From the NCBI GenBank assembly GCA_005889075.1, contig VBDQ01000030.1, positions 13,064 through 77,063 of the forward strand: a stretch of 64,000 nt of DNA, written 5' to 3'. This document shows positions 55,489 through 64,000 of this stretch, in pieces. Position 1 is the stretch's first letter. Each line of letters starts with the position of its first letter. Source of the stretch: Chloroflexota bacterium. GTDB taxonomy: Bacteria; Chloroflexota; Limnocylindria; P2-11E. The notes below the pieces were generated by a model. That model had not been told where the DNA came from, made no database searches, and was given only the letters and a program-made list of their open reading frames with translations. A program made the translations under genes and the position numbers.

Positions 55489-56735
55489 TCCGCGAGCGCG
55501 AACGCCGTCTCCCACGCCGCCTCGTAGCCGTCGAGCACCCGCGGCCAGACGAAGCGCTTCGCCGTCGCGCGTCCGTCTTCGCGGATCGCCCGGCCGATCT
55601 CCGGCCGCGCCTCGAGCGAGCGGTATGTGGCGAGCAGCTCTCGCGGATCCTCGCTCTGCATGACGACGGCGTTGCCGAAAGGCACGGCATAGTCCTCGCC
55701 GGTCCGGCCCACGTAGGCGACGCCACCCGAGGCCATTACCTCGAGTCCGACAAGGCCGAACGGCTCCTTCTGCGAGTTCGCGAGCACGCCGTCGGCTGCC
55801 TGATACATGGCGCGCAGGCTGCGCTCCGGGACGAAGTAGTCGAGGAAGCAGATCTCCGCGGAGCTCCCGGCGATCGCGTCAGCCAGATCCTTCGTCGTCG
55901 ATTCGGCGCCGAGCGCGATGCGTTCCACGGCGAGCTGCTGCGCACGGATGCGCGCGCCGACGGTGTCGGCGTAGCCCGCCCGGCTGCCGCGCATGAGGAG
56001 GCGGGGCCGCGCGCCCGCGTCGCGCATCGCCGCGACCGCGTCGATCGCCCACAACCAGCGCTTGTCTGGATCGAAGCGCGCCACCTTCACGAACGTCGGT
56101 CGGTCCGCGAACGCGAGCGTCAGAGTCCGCGTGTCGGCGGGAGGAAGTGGCTTGAGCCAGCGCTCGGCGATGCCATTGGGCAAAATCGCGGCGTCGATGT
56201 CCAGAGCGGACATCTCGGCGCGCATGAAACGAGAGACCGTCGTGATCGATGCGGCACGCCGAAGCAGCGTGAAGTCGATCGCACCGAATCCGTAGGTATT
56301 GTTCGCGTTCCAAAAGACCGCCGCAGCCCGCGGACCTCGCGCGCCGAGGATCGCCGAGGTCGCGATGGCCGCGTTCGCGGTCTGCCAGTCCTCGAAGAGC
56401 AGGACCGTGCGTCTGCCGACGTCAGCCGATGCCCGTACGACGTCGGCAAGGTGTGGCGGGACCGTGACCGAGAAATTGCGCCACTTGCCGTCCTCGCCGT
56501 CGTAGACGTCCTTGGGGTGGTAGGCGCTGATCCACTGGCACCAGCGCTCGTAGATGAGGTGACCGTCCGCGCGCTCCTCGTACGCGGGGAGCTTCGGGTC
56601 GCCTACGAAGATATGGCGCACGCGATACCCGCGGTCCACGAGCGCGTCGGCGAGGTCGATCATCCTCGTCGCGAGGCCGCCGACGAACGAGTAACGGTCA
56701 GGCCCCTCGAAGGCGACGAGGACGACGTCATACAT
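55485..56735 (-). CDS. Glycosyltransferase family 4 / group 1
   Basis: Contains FEGPDRYSFVGGLATR...EPFGLVGLEVMASG. The stop is ATGA-coupled to the SET gene start. Confidence 0.8.
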   Translation of the reverse strand: MYDVVLVAFEGPDRYSFVGGLATRMIDLADALVDRGYRVRHIFVGDPKLPAYEERADGHLIYERWCQWISAYHPKDVYDGEDGKWRNFSVTVPPHLADVVRASADVGRRTVLLFEDWQTANAAIATSAILGARGPRAAAVFWNANNTYGFGAIDFTLLRRAASITTVSRFMRAEMSALDIDAAILPNGIAERWLKPLPPADTRTLTLAFADRPTFVKVARFDPDKRWLWAIDAVAAMRDAGARPRLLMRGSRAGYADTVGARIRAQQLAVERIALGAESTTKDLADAIAGSSAEICFLDYFVPERSLRAMYQAADGVLANSQKEPFGLVGLEVMASGGVAYVGRTGEDYAVPFGNAVVMQSEDPRELLATYRSLEARPEIGRAIREDGRATAKRFVWPRVLDGYEAAWETAFALAE

Positions 56736-56764
56736 AGGAGAGCACGGATAATGGCACGCACCTC

Positions 56765-58027
56765 ATGACGCCCATCCAGCGGATCCGGGACGATCCCGGA
56801 AAGGTGCGCGAGATGCTCGCGGCGCGCGACTTCGACGCGCCGCTCGAGCGCATCCTCGAGCTGGACAAAGTCGTGCGCGAGCTCAAGGCGCGCAAGGAGA
56901 CGCTCCAGGCAGAGCGGAACAAGGCAAGCCGCGGCGGCCCGCCGAGCGAGGCGGTCAAGGCGCGAATGCGTGAAGTGGGCGACCAGGTCCGCACGATCGA
57001 CGGCGAGCTCGCTACCGCCGAGTCCGAGCTCGACGAACGGCTCCTCTGGATCCCGAACGAGATACATCCGAAGGTCCCGCGCGGAAAGGATGAGCACGAC
57101 AACGTCGTGGTGCGCCAGGACAAGCCGAAGACGCTCGGATTCGAGCCGAAGCCGCACTGGGAATTCGGTGAACGCCTGGGGATCCTGGATATCCAGCGCG
57201 GGACGAAGCTCTCGGGTTCGCGCTTCTACGCGCTTCGCGGCGCGGGCGCGGCGCTACAGCGTGCGCTCATCACCTGGATGATCGATCTCAAGATCGCGGA
57301 GGGCTTCACTGAGATTTATCCGCCTTCGGTGACAAAGCGGGAGACTCTGCTCGGAAGCGCGCATCTTCCGCACTTCGACGAAAATCTCTACCGGGACGAG
57401 GACGACGACGTCTGGCTCGTGCCGACGGCCGAGCCTCAGCTCGTGGGGCTCCATCGCGACGAGATCCTCGACCTCGCGACGCTGCCGCGGCGGTACGTTG
57501 CCTTCACGCCATGCTACCGGCGCGAGCACATGAGTGCGGGACGCGACGTGCGTGGCATCAAGCGGGTGCACTGGTTCGACAAGGTCGAGATGGTCGTGCA
57601 CTGCCTCCCCGAGGACTCCCCGAAATGGCTCGATCGCATGACCGAGCTCGCGGTGGAGGTCGTCGAGAAGCTCGAGCTGCCGGTGCGCGTCACCGAGCGT
57701 TGCACAGGCGACCTAGGCTTCACCGCGCTGCGGGGATTCGACGTCGACGCGTGGGGCCCCGCAGCGAACGAGTGGCTCGAGGTGTCCTCGGCCTCGAACT
57801 GCGGATCCTTCCAGGCGGAGCGCTCGAACATCCGCTTCCGCCGTGAGGCCGGAGGGAAGGCGGAGCATGTGCACATCCTCAACGCGTCCGGGGTCGCGTT
57901 GCCGAGATTGATGATCGCGATCCTGGAGAACTACCAACACGAGGACGGGTCGCTCGAGATCCCGAAGGCGGTTCGCCCTTATCTAGGCGGGCGCGACTGC
58001 GTGCGGGTGGGGGAGTTCTCGCTCTAG
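56765..58027 (+). CDS. serS: Seryl-tRNA synthetase
   Basis: It has an N-terminal coiled coil, with FTPCYRRE...VHCLPE...NASGVALPR. Confidence 0.92.
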   Translation: MTPIQRIRDDPGKVREMLAARDFDAPLERILELDKVVRELKARKETLQAERNKASRGGPPSEAVKARMREVGDQVRTIDGELATAESELDERLLWIPNEIHPKVPRGKDEHDNVVVRQDKPKTLGFEPKPHWEFGERLGILDIQRGTKLSGSRFYALRGAGAALQRALITWMIDLKIAEGFTEIYPPSVTKRETLLGSAHLPHFDENLYRDEDDDVWLVPTAEPQLVGLHRDEILDLATLPRRYVAFTPCYRREHMSAGRDVRGIKRVHWFDKVEMVVHCLPEDSPKWLDRMTELAVEVVEKLELPVRVTERCTGDLGFTALRGFDVDAWGPAANEWLEVSSASNCGSFQAERSNIRFRREAGGKAEHVHILNASGVALPRLMIAILENYQHEDGSLEIPKAVRPYLGGRDCVRVGEFSL

Positions 58028-61000
58028 GCGGTCTGCGCCCGGCCGGTCACGTCGAGCTCGGTGATGCGCCGTTTTGTGCGGTCGACCATGTGCTTCGGTC
58101 CGAGCTTCTCGAACACGGTGAGCGCCTCGACGCACTCGTTGCGCGCGGCAGTCACGTCGCCGCGCGCCGAAAGGAGGCGCGCCGACGCGGCGCGGATCTC
58201 GGCCGTCGCCACCGGAAGCCCTAAGCGGAACGCGTGCTCGAGCCCTTCGGTCCGACGCGCGTCGGCCATCGCAAGATCTCCAACCGCGCACGCGACCTCG
58301 ACGAGCGTCGCGGCGATCCCGGCGCCGCAGCGGCGGCAAGAATGCGCGGTCGCCGTGGTGTGCGCCGCCGACGCGTACTGGTTCGCACTCTCAAGGTCAC
58401 CTTGGAGGAGCGCGAGCCGAGCCAGCTCGGCTGTCGCGCGGCTGGCGACGTGATCGCGAGCGGACGAACGCTCCGCGAGCGCCCGCGCTTCGGCGAGTGT
58501 GGTGGCCGCACGCGCGAAATCTCCGCGCTCGATCGCGAGACTGCCCATGACGAGCAGCGTCGACGAGGGGTCGGCCGGCTGGGGGCTCTGCGAGACCTCA
58601 TCGGCGAGAGCGAGTGCGCGGTCAAGCGTCGACTCCGCCTCCGCGAGACGGCCCTCGCCGAAGTAAACCCTGCCGAGCGCGCGGAGGGCGCCGGCCTCGG
58701 CGGCCACGTCCCCAAGACGCGACTCCGCGCCGAGGAATTGGTTCGCGAGGTCTTCGGCCGGCTCGAGATCCCCGCGGTCGAGCGCCGCGTAGGTCAACGA
58801 CGCGAGCGCGCGCGCGAGACCCGAAAGATCGCCGATCGCCATGGCGTGCTCCACGCACCGCTCCGTTGCGCGAAGCGATTCGTCCGCAGACCCGGCGTCC
58901 GCGGCAAACTGCACGGCGGCTTCCTCGGCCTCGAGTGCGAGAGCGCGGTCGTTCGCAGCAAGGGCTTCTTTCACGGCGGCGCGGGCGACAATGAGCGCCT
59001 CGGCCGGGCGGTCGTCGGAGCGAGCGAGGAACGCCTTTGCGAGCGTGAGCTCCGCGCGCTCGGCTCCTTGCGCTGGCGTGAGCCGGTCGGCATCCGCGAG
59101 GTGCTCGGCCGACCGTTGGATCTCACCTTTCCGCGCCGCGAGCTCTCCGGCTCGCCGTCCCAGGGCCGCCCGCAGGACCATATCCGTCGGCCTGGCGGCG
59201 ATCCCCTCCTCGGCGATCGCGAGCGCGTCGTCGCGGCCGAGCAGACGCGCAGCGTCGCACGCACGCAGCAGGGCGCGCGCCCGCTCGTCCGCGCCACCCG
59301 AAGGGAGCCGCCGAGCGAGCTCGGCTGCGACGCCGTAGTGGTGGAGCGCATCCCCGAGGACATGGAGCGATTCGGCGCGCTGCCCGGCGCGCATCGCATG
59401 TTGGATACCGCGGGCGATGTTCGTCGACAAGGCGAAGTGGCGCGCGAGCAGCTCCGGCTGCTGAGCGGCGACCTCAGGCATCGCCGTTTCGATGACCGAG
59501 CCGACGCGTCCATGCAGCTCAGCGCGGCTCACCGCGAGGAGGGAGTCGTATACGAGCTCGCGGAGCATGGTCTGCCGGAAGCGGTAGTCGCCGTGAGCGG
59601 TGAGATCCACGAGCCCGCGCGCGAGGAGCCCGGCAAGGCTCGCGTCTACGTCGACACCAGGCCCGGCGATCGCGCGGATGATCGCCGAATCGGTCGCGCG
59701 CGCGGCCACCGCGATCGCGTGCAGCACTTGACGTTCGGCGTGCGTTGCCTGTTCGGCGCGCCGGAGGAGCAACATCGGCAGTCCTTCGGGCAGGCCGCTC
59801 ATGCGGCTCACATCCGCGAGCGGGCTGGCGTCTTCGCGTTCGACAACGACGCCGGTCCCGAGGATCCATCGCGCCGCTTCCTCGATGTACGTCGGATTCC
59901 CGCTGCTGCGCGCGACGACGTCGGCGATGGCCTCCTTCGGTAAAGCTCCCGCGGGAAGAAGCGACGTCAGGAGCGTTGCGCAGGACGACTCGTCGAGCGG
60001 GCCGAGCCGAAGCTGCAGGTGACCGCGCGCGGTCGTCCATGGGGGTGTGAGCTCGGGTCGGTACGTCGTGATAACGAGGGCCGCGGTGTTGGCGAGGGCC
60101 GGCGCGATCGCGGTGAGCACGGCCTGCGATGCCGTGTCCGACCACTGGACGTCGGTGATCGCGAGGATGACCGGCTGCGTCCGCGCGACGCGGAGGATCA
60201 GATCTCGGATCGCGCGGTCGAGGAGCTTGCGGCGCGTGTCTCCCGAGAGTGGCGGCAGGGTGAGCCCGTACCCCAAGGCCGCGAGCACCAGCTTGGTGGT
60301 CTCGGGCTCGAGACCGGGGAGAGTCTCGGTGATCGTGCGGTGCGCGATCTCAGTTGGTGCGCTCGCGCCGATCGCGAGGGCACGGCGCAGAAGATCCGCG
60401 ATCGCGCCGTATGCGCGGTGCGAGTCGTACGGCGAGCAGCGCGCGCGTGCGACGCGAGCGCCGAGCGCCCGGGGATCCGCTAACACTTCGTCGACGAGGC
60501 GTGTCTTGCCCAGACCGGCTTCGCCCACGATCGAGATGGTCCGACCCTTGCCGGCCAGCGCGTCATCCAACGCGCCGACGAGCTGGGCGACTTCGGCGTC
60601 ACGTCCCACGAGCGGGGCGCGGCGTCGCGAAGGTGCTGACGCGGCCTCCTCGCGCAGGAGTCGCCATGCGACCAGAGGCGCTGTCTTTCCCTTCGCGGCC
60701 ACCGGCGGGTGCGGCTCGTAGGCGAAGATCCCCGCCGTGCGCCGGTAAGTCGCATCTCCCACGAGGACCTGGCCCGGCTCCGCAGCTTGCTCGAGTCGCG
60801 CGGCGATGTTCACCGCGTCGCCGAGGACGCCGAACTCGCTCTCTTTGTCTCCGATCGCGCCCGTCGCCGCGAGGCCGGTGTTCACCCCAACACGGAGCGC
60901 GAGATAACGTCCCGTCCGTTCCGCGATGCGCGCGTTCTCACGCTCGAGCGCACCGAGGATCGCGATTGCGGCGTGCTGCGCGCGCTCGGGGTGATCGTCC

Positions 61001-61308
61001 TGATCGCCGACCGCGCCAAAGACCGCCACGACCGCATCTCCGATGTACTTCTCGATCAGACCGCCCTGCGCTCGGATCTCGGCGGCGATGGCATCCCATG
61101 CCGTACGCATGTTCTCGTGCAGCTCGTCGGGATTGAGCCGCTCGGCGAGCGCCGTGAAGCCGGAGATGTCCGCGAAGAGCACCGTGACCTGCCGCGTCTC
61201 GCCTTCGAGAGTCTCCAGTGCGGTCAGCCGGTTGCCGCACTTTCCGCAGAAGCTGAAATCGACCGGCATCTCTGTCGCGCATTTGGGACAGGTGACAGTC
61301 CGGGGCAT
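58024..61308 (-). CDS. Zinc-ribbon / class III adenylate cyclase / STAND AAA ATPase / TPR multidomain protein
   Basis: CPKCATEMPVDFSFCGKCG is the zinc ribbon. VLFADISGFTAL...KYIGDAVVAVFG is the cyclase domain. VGEAGLGKTRL is Walker A. The C-terminal half is Ala/Leu-rich and TPR-like. TAGGCT-N7-ATG 61308 precedes the start. Confidence 0.85.
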   Translation of the reverse strand: MPRTVTCPKCATEMPVDFSFCGKCGNRLTALETLEGETRQVTVLFADISGFTALAERLNPDELHENMRTAWDAIAAEIRAQGGLIEKYIGDAVVAVFGAVGDQDDHPERAQHAAIAILGALERENARIAERTGRYLALRVGVNTGLAATGAIGDKESEFGVLGDAVNIAARLEQAAEPGQVLVGDATYRRTAGIFAYEPHPPVAAKGKTAPLVAWRLLREEAASAPSRRRAPLVGRDAEVAQLVGALDDALAGKGRTISIVGEAGLGKTRLVDEVLADPRALGARVARARCSPYDSHRAYGAIADLLRRALAIGASAPTEIAHRTITETLPGLEPETTKLVLAALGYGLTLPPLSGDTRRKLLDRAIRDLILRVARTQPVILAITDVQWSDTASQAVLTAIAPALANTAALVITTYRPELTPPWTTARGHLQLRLGPLDESSCATLLTSLLPAGALPKEAIADVVARSSGNPTYIEEAARWILGTGVVVEREDASPLADVSRMSGLPEGLPMLLLRRAEQATHAERQVLHAIAVAARATDSAIIRAIAGPGVDVDASLAGLLARGLVDLTAHGDYRFRQTMLRELVYDSLLAVSRAELHGRVGSVIETAMPEVAAQQPELLARHFALSTNIARGIQHAMRAGQRAESLHVLGDALHHYGVAAELARRLPSGGADERARALLRACDAARLLGRDDALAIAEEGIAARPTDMVLRAALGRRAGELAARKGEIQRSAEHLADADRLTPAQGAERAELTLAKAFLARSDDRPAEALIVARAAVKEALAANDRALALEAEEAAVQFAADAGSADESLRATERCVEHAMAIGDLSGLARALASLTYAALDRGDLEPAEDLANQFLGAESRLGDVAAEAGALRALGRVYFGEGRLAEAESTLDRALALADEVSQSPQPADPSSTLLVMGSLAIERGDFARAATTLAEARALAERSSARDHVASRATAELARLALLQGDLESANQYASAAHTTATAHSCRRCGAGIAATLVEVACAVGDLAMADARRTEGLEHAFRLGLPVATAEIRAASARLLSARGDVTAARNECVEALTVFEKLGPKHMVDRTKRRITELDVTGRAQTA

Positions 61309-62710
61309 GGGTCGAAGCCTAGTGCGGCGTATGACGCAGTCGGTGTCGACCGAGTGTGCTACGAAGTCCCCCATTCAGGTGAGTTTTGGCGTCCTCGACC
61401 CGCGGTGGCGCGGACTCACGATCGGCCTGGTCCTGAATGTCACGTTCGTCGCGTTCGAAGCGCTCGCGATCGCGACCGTCATGCCGCTCGTCGCCGACGA
61501 TCTGTCAGGGCTCGCGCTCTATGGTTGGGTCTTCAGCTCGTTTCTTTTGGCCGATCTCGTTGGAATCGTTCTGGCCGGAGAGCTCGCGGATCGCTCCGGA
61601 CCCGCGGTGCCGTTCGGCGTGGGACTCGTCCTCTTTGCGATCGGTCTTCTTCTCGGCGGGCTCGCGCCATCGATGCCGGTGCTCGTCGCGGCCCGGGCGA
61701 TCCAGGGTTTCGGCGCGGGCGTGATCCCGGCGGTCGCCTATGTCGTCATCGGCCGCACGTACCCGGATTCGTTACGGCCGCGCATGTTCGCGATCCTCTC
61801 CACAGCGTGGGTCGTACCGGGCATCGCCGGTCCCGCCCTCGCGGTCGTGATCGCGGAGCGGCTTTCTTGGCGGTGGGTGTTCCTCGGCTTGCTGCCCCTC
61901 GTTCTCGTCGCTGGTGGTTTCGCACTTCGCGAACTGCGCGCGGTCCAGGGAAGTCGCCGCGCGCCGCGCCGCGTCGTCCGCGATGCGATCGCGGTCGCGG
62001 CCGGCGCGGCCCTCGTGCTCGCCGCGCTGCAAGCGCGCGATCTGGTGCTCACGCCGATCATGCTCGCGGCCGGCCTCACTGTCGGGGTGCCTTCGCTCCG
62101 GCGCTTGCTCCCGCCGGGCACGCTCACGGCCCGTGGCGCACTTCCAGCGGCCGTGCTCGCGCGAGGGCTGCTCACGTTCGCGTTCTTCGCGGCCGATGTG
62201 TTCGTCCCGCTCACGGTCACCTCGCTTCGCGGCGAAAGCGTCCTCATCTCGGGGCTGGCGCTGACCGCGGGCACAGTCGCGTGGACGAGCGGTGCGTGGA
62301 TCCAGGAACGGACGGTTCTCGGCGTCGGGCCTGCGCCGCTCGTCCGAATCGGGTTTCTTCTCGTGACGGTCGGCACGCTTGGAATGGCGCTCGTGCTCGG
62401 CGGTGCGGTACCCGGTTGGTCGGCGATCGTCGCGTGGGGAATCGCGGGCCTCGGCATCGGGATGGCCTACTCGTCGATCTCGCTCGCGGTGCTTCGGCAC
62501 GCGTCCGCTGGAAGCGAGGGCGCCACGGCTTCGTCGATGCAGCTCGCCGACGTGCTCGGCAACGCGCTCGGCACCGGGCTGGGTGCGGTGGCTGTCGCGA
62601 TCTCGGTCGCGAGTCTCGGCGGGGCGGGGCCGGGCGTTGCGGCGACCGATGGGCTCGCGGTGGCGAGCGCGATCGGCGGGGCCGCGATCGCCGGGCGGCT
62701 GCGCGGCTAG
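61307..62710 (+). CDS. MFS transporter
   Basis: It has 12-14 TM helices, with GELADRSGP and RAIQGFGAG. The start is ATG 61307 or ATG 61331. Confidence 0.8.
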   Translation: MGRSLVRRMTQSVSTECATKSPIQVSFGVLDPRWRGLTIGLVLNVTFVAFEALAIATVMPLVADDLSGLALYGWVFSSFLLADLVGIVLAGELADRSGPAVPFGVGLVLFAIGLLLGGLAPSMPVLVAARAIQGFGAGVIPAVAYVVIGRTYPDSLRPRMFAILSTAWVVPGIAGPALAVVIAERLSWRWVFLGLLPLVLVAGGFALRELRAVQGSRRAPRRVVRDAIAVAAGAALVLAALQARDLVLTPIMLAAGLTVGVPSLRRLLPPGTLTARGALPAAVLARGLLTFAFFAADVFVPLTVTSLRGESVLISGLALTAGTVAWTSGAWIQERTVLGVGPAPLVRIGFLLVTVGTLGMALVLGGAVPGWSAIVAWGIAGLGIGMAYSSISLAVLRHASAGSEGATASSMQLADVLGNALGTGLGAVAVAISVASLGGAGPGVAATDGLAVASAIGGAAIAGRLRG

Positions 62711-62730
62711 TTTCGCCACCGACGACCGGA

Positions 62731-63051
62731 TCAGCCGAGCGGAGCGTGGTCGATCGAATACACCGCGGCGAGCAGCGCGATCACGAGGATGACCTGCAAC
62801 GCGAGCACTGTGAGAGCCGCCCGCGGCGCGCGCGGAAGCCAGGTCACCGCGAAGATTCCCATGACCAGGAGCTGAACCGGCATGAGGAGCTGGAAGAGAT
62901 GGGCCTCGGTGCCCTCGTCGGGCTGGGACACCAGGCCCTGGATGGCGACAGACCGAATTCCAAGCGCGAGCAGGAAGACAGGGATCAGGATCGGTATCCA
63001 CGCGCTCCAGTGGCGCAGCGGCGAGGCTCCGGATGGGAGCGTCCTCTGCAT
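62731..63051 (-). CDS. Small membrane protein (3 TM helices)
   Basis: It has a hydrophobic helix pattern and normal composition. Confidence 0.5.
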   Translation of the reverse strand: MQRTLPSGASPLRHWSAWIPILIPVFLLALGIRSVAIQGLVSQPDEGTEAHLFQLLMPVQLLVMGIFAVTWLPRAPRAALTVLALQVILVIALLAAVYSIDHAPLG

Positions 63052-63063
63052 GGCCCGGAAATG

Positions 63064-63432
63064 CTAGGCCGAGGGCCGCCTGAGACGGTCGATCTGCCTG
63101 CGCTCCTTCTTCGTCGGCCGGCCCGAGCCGGGAGGGCGCAGCCGCAACGGCTTCATCCGGGGCGGCGCTGGTGGACTGTGGTCGACGAAGCACTTCGCCG
63201 CGACCGCGGCTCCGACTCGCTTGTCGAGGAGCGCCACGACCTCGAGGACTCGCTCGCGCCCGGCGAAGGCCTCGATCCGGTCGCCGACCTTCACCGGCGT
63301 CGACGCTTTCGCAGCCACGCGATTCACGCGCACATGCCCGCCGCGACACGCCGCGGTCGCCGCGGTCCGGCTCTTGTAGAGCCGGACCGCCCACAGCCAC
63401 GCATCCACCCGTGTCGCAGCGCTCTCCGTCAC
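63064..63432 (-). CDS. S4-domain RNA-binding protein (Hsp15-like)
   Basis: Contains RVDAWLWAVRLYKSRTAATAACRGGHVRVN and a basic C-terminal tail. Confidence 0.75.
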   Translation of the reverse strand: MTESAATRVDAWLWAVRLYKSRTAATAACRGGHVRVNRVAAKASTPVKVGDRIEAFAGRERVLEVVALLDKRVGAAVAAKCFVDHSPPAPPRMKPLRLRPPGSGRPTKKERRQIDRLRRPSA

Positions 63433-63752
63433 CGTGTCAGCATGACTGAGTGGCGGGTCGCTTCGAGTACGCGGTCGAGGGCATCGGCGACTTCCCAGTG
63501 GACCTGCTCCACACGACTGCGCGGACCCGGCGGATCAGGAAAGCGTGTCCGCGATCACGGCGGGTTTCCGCTGGGCGGCCGCGCGCAAGAGATCGCGCGA
63601 CCCGATCGTCGTGCGGCTCGTCTCCGACCGCGAGCCAACCCCGGAACGATGGCGCGCATTCGGGTGGACCGTGAAGGCGACAACGCCGGAGGACAAAAGG
63701 GAGCAGTAGGCCGCCGGTTCTGCACGACGCGTGAGCCGCAGGAGAAGTCGAT

Positions 63753-64000
63753 ATGGCGTACATCGTCAAGGTCGAGCGGACTACGGCTTGTCCAACAGCC
63801 GTGGTCAAGGCGAACACGACCTGGCGCGAGTTCCCTAGGGTCTGGCCGAAACTGCTCGATGAGGTGTGGGCGTTCCTCCGCACCACGCCCGGTCTGCGGG
63901 CCGACGGCCACAACGTGATGCTGTACAGAAATGGCGCCTCCGACCTCGAAGTTCTGGTCGAGGTTGGTGTTCAGGTCACCAAGTTTTTCCAAGCCTCGGG
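63753..64000 (+). CDS. GyrI-like small-molecule-binding domain protein (runs off the 3' edge)
   Basis: My own translation gives MAYIVKVERTTACPTAVVKANTTWREFPRVWPKLLDEVWAFLRTTPGLRADGHNVMLYRNG...VEVGVQV. A GGAG lies 8 nt upstream of ATG 63753. It is absent from the ORF track because no stop falls inside the window. Confidence 0.6.
   Translation, partial: MAYIVKVERTTACPTAVVKANTTWREFPRVWPKLLDEVWAFLRTTPGLRADGHNVMLYRNGASDLEVLVEVGVQVTKFFQAS

Noticed and set aside
60709-63918. A 1069-aa plus-strand ORF, the longest in the track apart from the cyclase gene
   Set aside because: It has an Arg/Gly/Pro-rich composition with no domain signatures. It overlaps the cyclase-STAND gene in antisense and overlaps the MFS gene out of frame. 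It is a typical stop-free shadow frame in high-GC DNA.
1-64000. CRISPR arrays, tRNA/rRNA genes, IS elements, integrases, prophage or toxin-antitoxin/defence modules
   Set aside because: I saw no regularly spaced repeats, no cloverleaf-like or rRNA-like conserved stretches in the few non-coding gaps, and no transposase, integrase or recognisable defence-protein motifs in any frame.

Overview
High-GC (about 70% by eye) bacterial chromosomal window, densely coding with about 65 genes. I found no rRNA, tRNA, CRISPR array, transposase or integrase. All family calls come from reading motifs in the supplied translations, not from searches.

Gene content, 5' to 3':
- A Tad/Flp-type pilus locus in two convergent halves. 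The plus half is cpaB, an unknown ORF, a tadZ-like gene, tadA/cpaF, tadB and tadC. The minus half is two tadE-like genes and a tadG-like gene. tatA and a DUF885 gene sit between the halves.
- Threonine aldolase, a 2-hydroxyacid dehydrogenase and an aminotransferase.
- A degenerate histidine-kinase-like protein, a secreted C39-like peptidase, a divergent HemB-like gene and a CAP-domain protein.
- An M16 peptidase and ndk.
- A three-gene membrane module resembling complex I/Mrp antiporter subunits. It is the best candidate for an undescribed system.
- rpoN, then a disrupted H+-pyrophosphatase.
- pxpABC.
- ribD-ribE-ribBA, with ribH split off by an antisense gene.
- gdhA.
- argC-J-B-R-G-H with a GNAT gene.
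- ggt, a disrupted PBP2 and an M16 peptidase pair.
- A mutY-like gene, greA, a class I LysRS-like gene, GH57, an interrupted methyltransferase, a SET-domain gene, GT4 and serS.
- A zinc-ribbon/cyclase/STAND/TPR giant, an MFS transporter and a few small genes.

Two window-wide themes:
1. Many genes, especially tightly divergent pairs 19-30 nt apart, carry a TANNNT box 6-8 nt upstream of the start codon and no Shine-Dalgarno sequence. This suggests leaderless transcripts.
2. An unusually high fraction of conserved genes carry in-frame stops, frameshifts or internal deletions.

rpoN together with leaderless architecture argues against a typical actinobacterium. I cannot assign the taxon.
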